Assembly (NCBI GenBank): GCA_000092065.1
Contig: CP000594.1
Reading direction: 5' to 3' (one strand)
Source of the DNA: Ostreococcus lucimarinus
Lineage: Eukaryota
DNA length: 64,000 nt
A program made the translations under genes and the position numbers. Below, one piece after another: positions 59,142 through 64,000 of the stretch; positions within the stretch are counted from its first letter, which is position 1, and every line of letters starts with the position of its first letter. Under the pieces are notes generated by a model. That model did not search any database. It had not been told where the DNA came from and saw nothing but the letters and a program-made list of their open reading frames with translations.

Positions 59142-59529
59142 CGCGCGATGTGTGACACCGCCGCGCGCTCGAATCGTTCGGATGCGCTCGGGAGTGAAGT
59201 GAAGACGAGCGCTCCGCGGCGGCTCGAGCGAGCCGCCGTCGCGTCGACTCGGTCGAGCACGCGCGAGCTTAGAAGAATCGCAAATGTAATTTAAACACGC
59301 TACATACGTCCTACGCTCGCTTGACGATCGTCAGAAAGACGAAAGCGTCGAGGGAAGTGTCTGAGGCGTTCCGCGCCGGAAATCGTCGCGCTCGCGCGAT
59401 TTATTGGCTGCGCGAGAAGAAGAGAACGACGCTCGTCAGTCAAAAGTGGTCGGGATTTCGCGCGTTCACGTTCGCATTAACGCGCATGCCGTTTGCATCG
59501 CGCGCGCTCGAGGGAATGTGAATGTGTAC

Positions 59530-59808
59530 TTACCAAGAAGCCTCGTACGCGGCCGCATCCATCATCGAGTCAGTCTCAGACGGATTGCTCATCTTCACCT
59601 TCATGAGCCAGCCATCCGCAAAGGAGGATTCGTTAACCATGCCCGGGGTGTCGTTCAAGTTTTCGTTCACTTCGATGACTTCACCAGAGATCGGGGAGTA
59701 CACGTCGGAAGCCGCCTTAACAGACTCGACGACGCCGAAGGACGACTTCGCCTCAACCTTGGAGCCAACTTCCGGAAGTTCGACGTACACGATGTCACCC
59801 AATTCAGC
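59530..59808 (-). CDS. GCSH: Glycine cleavage system H protein (GCSH), exon 2 (AELGDIVYVELPEVGSKV...SVKAASDVYSPISGEVIEVN...DGWLMKVK...)
   Basis: Lipoyl-lysine motif ESVKA. Acceptor CAG (RC of 59809-59811). The track ORF 59530..59802 starts on TTG. Confidence 0.8.
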   Translation of the reverse strand, partial: AELGDIVYVELPEVGSKVEAKSSFGVVESVKAASDVYSPISGEVIEVNENLNDTPGMVNESSFADGWLMKVKMSNPSETDSMMDAAAYEASW

Positions 59809-59959
59809 CTGTCGTCGAATGCGTTGCGCGAATGCGTCAGTTTACGAATGCGCATCGATTTATTGTCCCGTGCGTCGCGTTCGCGCGACGTCACGAGCGC
59901 GCGCGCGAGTGTTCGTTCGCCCGAGTTCGCCGCGATCGAGGCCCCCGTCGTCGTCTCAC

Positions 59960-60226
59960 CTGCGCGTGATCGGTGATGCCGACCGTCGCGATATCACCTT
60001 CGACCTTGGTCCATTCGTGCGAAGGCATGTACTTCAAACCTTCAATCACTGTTCGCGCGACGCACGAGGCGCGCTCGTCAGTCATCGCGTCCACGGTCCC
60101 GTCTCCTCGCCTCGCCTTGGCGCGCGTCGCGCAAGGGGCCCATCCAAACATTCTATCCACACCGCGTCCCGCCCGTGGCGTCGTTTCGCGCGCGCGTCCG
60201 CGCTCGTGCGTCTCGCGCGACGTCAT
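59960..60226 (-). CDS. GCSH: GCSH exon 1 (mitochondrial presequence plus ...[30 protein letters not shown])
   Basis: GTGAGA donor (RC of 59954-59959). In frame with ORF 59891..60235. ATG at 60226 (the track start at 60235 is GTG). An alternative ATG at 60151 is possible. Confidence 0.7.
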
Positions 60227-60765
60227 CGGTGCCACGAGCGCCGAGTTCGACCTTCATCGCGGTTCACACGCGCGCCCGAGCGTTCGATCGCGCGTCGGAT
60301 GACGTTCGGACGTCCGCGCGCGGGCCATCGCATCACATCGTCGTCGTCGCACCGGTGGAGTACGCGCGCGCGCCGACCGCGGTCACGCACATGGGCGCAA
60401 ACGCGGTGGTTTGCTTCGTCCATCTCAAGAGCGCCGATCGCGCCGACATCGCGCAAAGTTCGTTCGTCGACGTGTGCGGACGACGCGCGCGACGACGCGA
60501 CGGACGATCGCGCGCGTCGGCGCGTCGCGGGTGTGTGTTTTTATACACAGATGAAAACATCACACACGGGCTTAAATGGGCGTCGAATGCGGCACCGATC
60601 CGTCGTCCCGAAAGACGACGCCCACCGCACCACACGGACGGCGAAACTGCGAAATCGCGACGACGACGACGACGGCGACGCGGGCGGGATTTCGACGCGC
60701 GCGGGCGACGGCGATCGCGAAGACGCCGCGTCGACGCGTCGCGACGCCCGCGTCGATCGATCGCG

Positions 60766-62246
60766 ATGTCGACCGCGAGCGGCTCGACGTTCGCGCGCGC
60801 GTCGGACGCGATTCGACGCTCCGCGGGGGCGCTCGCGAGCGCGAGCGCGACGACGAGCGCGAGCGCGGACGCGGACGCGGCGGTGAAGGCGACGCCGCGC
60901 GTGGTCGTGGACTTCGCGGGGCAACTGCTCGGGTTCTTCGCGTTCACGTGGGAAGGCGCGTGTTGGGCGCTCGTGTGCGCGCTCGTCGTGGGGAACTACC
61001 TGGCGAGGAAGTGGCGCCGAAAGATGCGAAAGACGCTGGCGAGCGCGGAGATGAAACACTCGCTCGATTCACAGTTCACGACGGTGGAACACGGGGCGAT
61101 GGAGTGGATCAATCACTTCTTGAGACATTTGTGGAGCTCCACCGCGGGGACGTACGCAGACGCGCAAGCCGCGGACGTCTTGCGAGGAATCATCGAAGGT
61201 TTGGGATCGTCTAAGCCGAATTTCGTCAAGGAGGTGACGCTTACGGATCTCACCTTGGGCTCGACGCCACCAAAGATTCAGTTGTACACGGTGCGATACA
61301 ACCCGACGCTCGATTACTTGCAGTTTGAGTTCAACGTCGACTGGTTCGCCGACGCGGCGCACGGACGGTTGATGACGAAGATCAAACTCGCCGCGGCGCT
61401 GCCGTCGCTGCGCGTGCCGATTCACCTGACCGATTTCGGCTTGCGTGGACGCGTGTTGATGGGCTTCCGGCTCACTAAACGCGTGCCCGGCGTCTCGGGC
61501 GTAGACGTCTCGTTTCGCGGCGCGCCGAAAGTCGACGTGTCGGTTCGCCCGGTGGGATTGCCCGTGGCCGATATCCCGGGCTTGTATCAATGGATCATGG
61601 GAAAGCTAGAAGAGGTGATTTGCAAAAAGTTTCTCGAGCCCAGACGTTTGTACATTGACGTCGAGGGGAAGTTTCTGCGAAAGATGGCGAGCGCCGATTT
61701 CCTCGGTCCGGGCGGTACTTTGGTGTGTCGAATCGTGTCTGTGAAGGGTATGCCGAAGAACACGGGCTCGGGGTACCCTTGGGTCGAAGTGTCGTTCAAC
61801 GGAATTCGTCGTAAGACGTGCACGAGACCCGTAGCGAAGGTGATGGAGTACGGCGGAGCTATGGCGTTTCCTTTGCCCGCGGACACGAATTGGAAATCCA
61901 CAGAGGATAGCACGATGAACGTGGGCACGGTGCGCGTGCGCATCATGGACAGAGCCGCCGTCGGTACAGACGTGTTCGTCGTCGGTGAAGCAGTGTTTGG
62001 GGCGCACAGACGATCCGACACCGGGACGCATCACGCGTCGCTTTCTCTTGGCTCGCACGCGGCCAAGTCTAAGTACGGCGTCAGCGGAAAGGTGTCCACG
62101 ATAGCGCAAATAGAATGGGAAGTTCTCCCTCCAATCGAGCGATGGAACCCACTGAAACCTGCGGTGGTTGAGTCTCGTTCGTCGGCGCCGCTCAAGCAGC
62201 AAGACGACGCGTCTGAGGACGAGGACGACGACGACGATGAAGAATA

Positions 62247-62281
<35 letters not shown>

Positions 62282-63324
62282 TGGATACTGCCGACGTTTT
62301 CAGCGAAAGAAGCGCGATGAGCTCTGGTCACGGTGCGTTATCACCTGCATCGCGACAAAACAGCCTTGGGACGGCGAAGTCAGACGACGAGGACGCGTTA
62401 GGATCCGCCGCAGAGCACATTTTCCAACTCGCGAAATTGAGAACGCTTCTCCAAAGCGAAAGGGATCATTCGCAGAGCGTCATAGAGAAGCTCAAAAGCG
62501 AATTGGCGATGGTCAAAGATACGGTCATGCTCGAACGCGAGCGACGCGCGCAAGAGTTGAAGCGTGCGCTCCTTGAAGGAGTGAAATTCTTCTGTCATAC
62601 AAAAAACTCCAAAGCGGCGTTGAAGGCGGACGAGACGTATTACTTGCGTTACCACGGTTACAAACAAATATTCACGCTTCACAAGAAGCACGGGGTGAAA
62701 TCCAAGCCCGTACACACCCTGAACATCGCGCACGTCGCGTTCGCCGCCGTAGGCACGAAGCACTTCACCATGGGCGTCACTCGAGAGCAGGATGCAAAGG
62801 AAACTACCAAGGCGAAGAGCGCCAGGGCGCAAGAAATTCATTCGCTGTCGGCGAGCAAATGTTTAACCATAGTCTTTTCCACGGAACAAGAGTTGAAAGC
62901 TGAGGCTGCGTCCATTCGCGAGGCGAAAGAACTCACGAAAAAGGTGAAATGCGCGACCGGCGAGGCCGAGGAGGCCGAGCCCGTCGTAGACGAGCCAGCC
63001 GCGTTTGCGTCGCCGGCGGGACTGGCAGGCACGGGATTGGTGGGGTTAGACTTGGAAATTCCTCTCAAAGGCAATGGGAGAAGCGCCAGGGAGTGGGTCG
63101 ACGGTATCAACGCTCTGAAGCAAGTGTACACGGCGACGGAATATCCTGAATTGAAGTACCTCGAAAACGTTAGACAGAAGAGCTTGAAGAAAAGCGCGGA
63201 CGAAAATCGAGACATGCACAAGAACGGACCGCCGGCGGTGTCGCCCGAGAAAAGTAAGCGTACGAGCGAAGTCGTGGCGGAGATCAAACGCACGCCGACT
63301 TCGTTCGCCTCCGTGGACGAATAG
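60766..63324 (+). CDS. Extended-synaptotagmin/tricalbin-like lipid-transfer protein: an N-terminal TM hairpin, an SMP domain and a C2 domain, followed by a long acidic and coiled-coil C-terminal extension
   Basis: ATG at 60766 (MSTASGSTF...). Hydrophobic FAGQLLGFFAFTWEGACWALVCALVVGNYL. SMP region WINHFLRHLW...PNFVKEVTLTDLTLGSTPPKI...FEFNVDW. C2 region GTLVCRIVSVKGMPKNTGSGYPWVEVSFNG. The first ~590 nt of ORF 60175..63324 is antisense to GCSH and not coding. Confidence 0.65.
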
Positions 63325-63665
63325 ACGAGGTACTCGGCGTCCATCGACCTGTAGCCTTCCCTTGTAATCGACGAATGGACGGGTTTGCCTCTCTCGGGGT
63401 TTTTGTCTGAAGTGTCCATGAAATCTTACTAGTTTAGTGGGATGGGACGTGTCTGAAATTTTTAGTGGGATGAATCAGACCGACCCGCTCTCGCGCGCGC
63501 GCGCGCCTAGGGTTGTGCGTACTACATCTTCACGCGCACTCGCTATCGTGACGAACGTATCGCCCTCGACGTCACCACAGAAAGTGTAACACCGAACGTG
63601 GGAATCGTATTGTGGCGCGATGATCGTTTTGTTATATTCTTCATTGCCACTAGAGCGCGCATACT

Positions 63666-63995
63666 TCAATCAACGTGGTAGCGCTGTCGCGCGTTCTGGT
63701 GGGCGTAGTTGCCATACGCCGCGCGTTGCCCGATTCGAGCGCGGCGTCTATCTTCCGCTTCGTCAAGACGAGCGAGTGCTGGACCGGCGTATTTAACGAG
63801 AGCGAACGTGCCGCCCGCGGCCCCGCCGTACAAGAGCGCGAGAACACTCGCGACGACGCTCACGGCCGAAACCAACGCGACGAGGAAGAACGCCACGCCG
63901 GACCAAATCGACGTGCTAAATGAAGATATGAGCCCTGGCAACGCAAATGCGTAGGAGAATATCGCGCTGAGCATTCCCATCGTGAAATTGCTCAC
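63666..63995 (-). CDS. 3' portion of a gene for a multi-pass membrane protein (probably 5' partial, extending beyond the window end)
   Basis: Hydrophobic helices (LSAIFSYAFALPGLISSF, VAFFLVALVSAVSVVASVLALLYGG). ORF reaches the last 5 nt of the window. Confidence 0.25.
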   Translation of the reverse strand: MSNFTMGMLSAIFSYAFALPGLISSFSTSIWSGVAFFLVALVSAVSVVASVLALLYGGAAGGTFALVKYAGPALARLDEAEDRRRARIGQRAAYGNYAHQNARQRYHVD

Positions 63996-64000
63996 GGCGA

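Noticed and set aside
1-64000. Interpretation as a prokaryotic locus (operons, defence island, CRISPR array)
   Set aside because: Spliceosomal introns with GT-AG boundaries and branch points are present. Products are eukaryote-specific (ORC2, condensin CAP-G, AATF, PACRG, eL24, PSMD9, Toc159). Nuclear genes carry plastid and mitochondrial transit peptides. Repeats are short tandem and not spacer-interleaved, so there is no CRISPR.

Overview
This window reads as nuclear DNA from a very GC-rich (about 65%) green alga of the Mamiellophyceae type, not a prokaryote. It is gene-dense and mostly intron-poor. The few introns are short and share a GTGCGT/GTAAGC donor and a CGACTGACG-like branch point 20-40 nt upstream of the acceptor AG. 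Intergenic spacers are short, AT-enriched islands. I call about 40 protein genes on both strands from recognisable conserved protein signatures (PsaD, Mg-protoporphyrin IX monomethyl ester cyclase CHL27, phosphoglycolate phosphatase, glycine cleavage H protein, a Toc159-family GTPase, a betaine-lipid synthase BTA1-like fusion, glutamate 5-kinase ProB, ORC2, condensin CAP-G, AATF, MBF1, PSMD9, eL24, PACRG, oligopeptidase B and others). The provided ORF track reports GTG/TTG starts as M and only lists complete ORFs. It therefore misses split genes (PsaD, MBF1, PSMD9, RPL24, GCSH, condensin exon 1) and also misses a giant intron-less minus-strand gene that begins at 7071 and runs open past position 1 (more than 2350 codons; secreted, repeated beta-sandwich domains). 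The most notable features beyond ordinary genes are this giant gene, an unusual domain order in the BTA1-like gene (N-terminal polytopic membrane module fused to BtaA-like then BtaB-like domains), a 46-bp tandem repeat array in the AATF/PsaD bidirectional promoter, and a dense cluster of ATCGATCGA palindromes upstream of MBF1. Long ORFs antisense to real genes are common here and are treated as GC-composition artefacts. All coordinates are read by eye and may be off by a few nucleotides.
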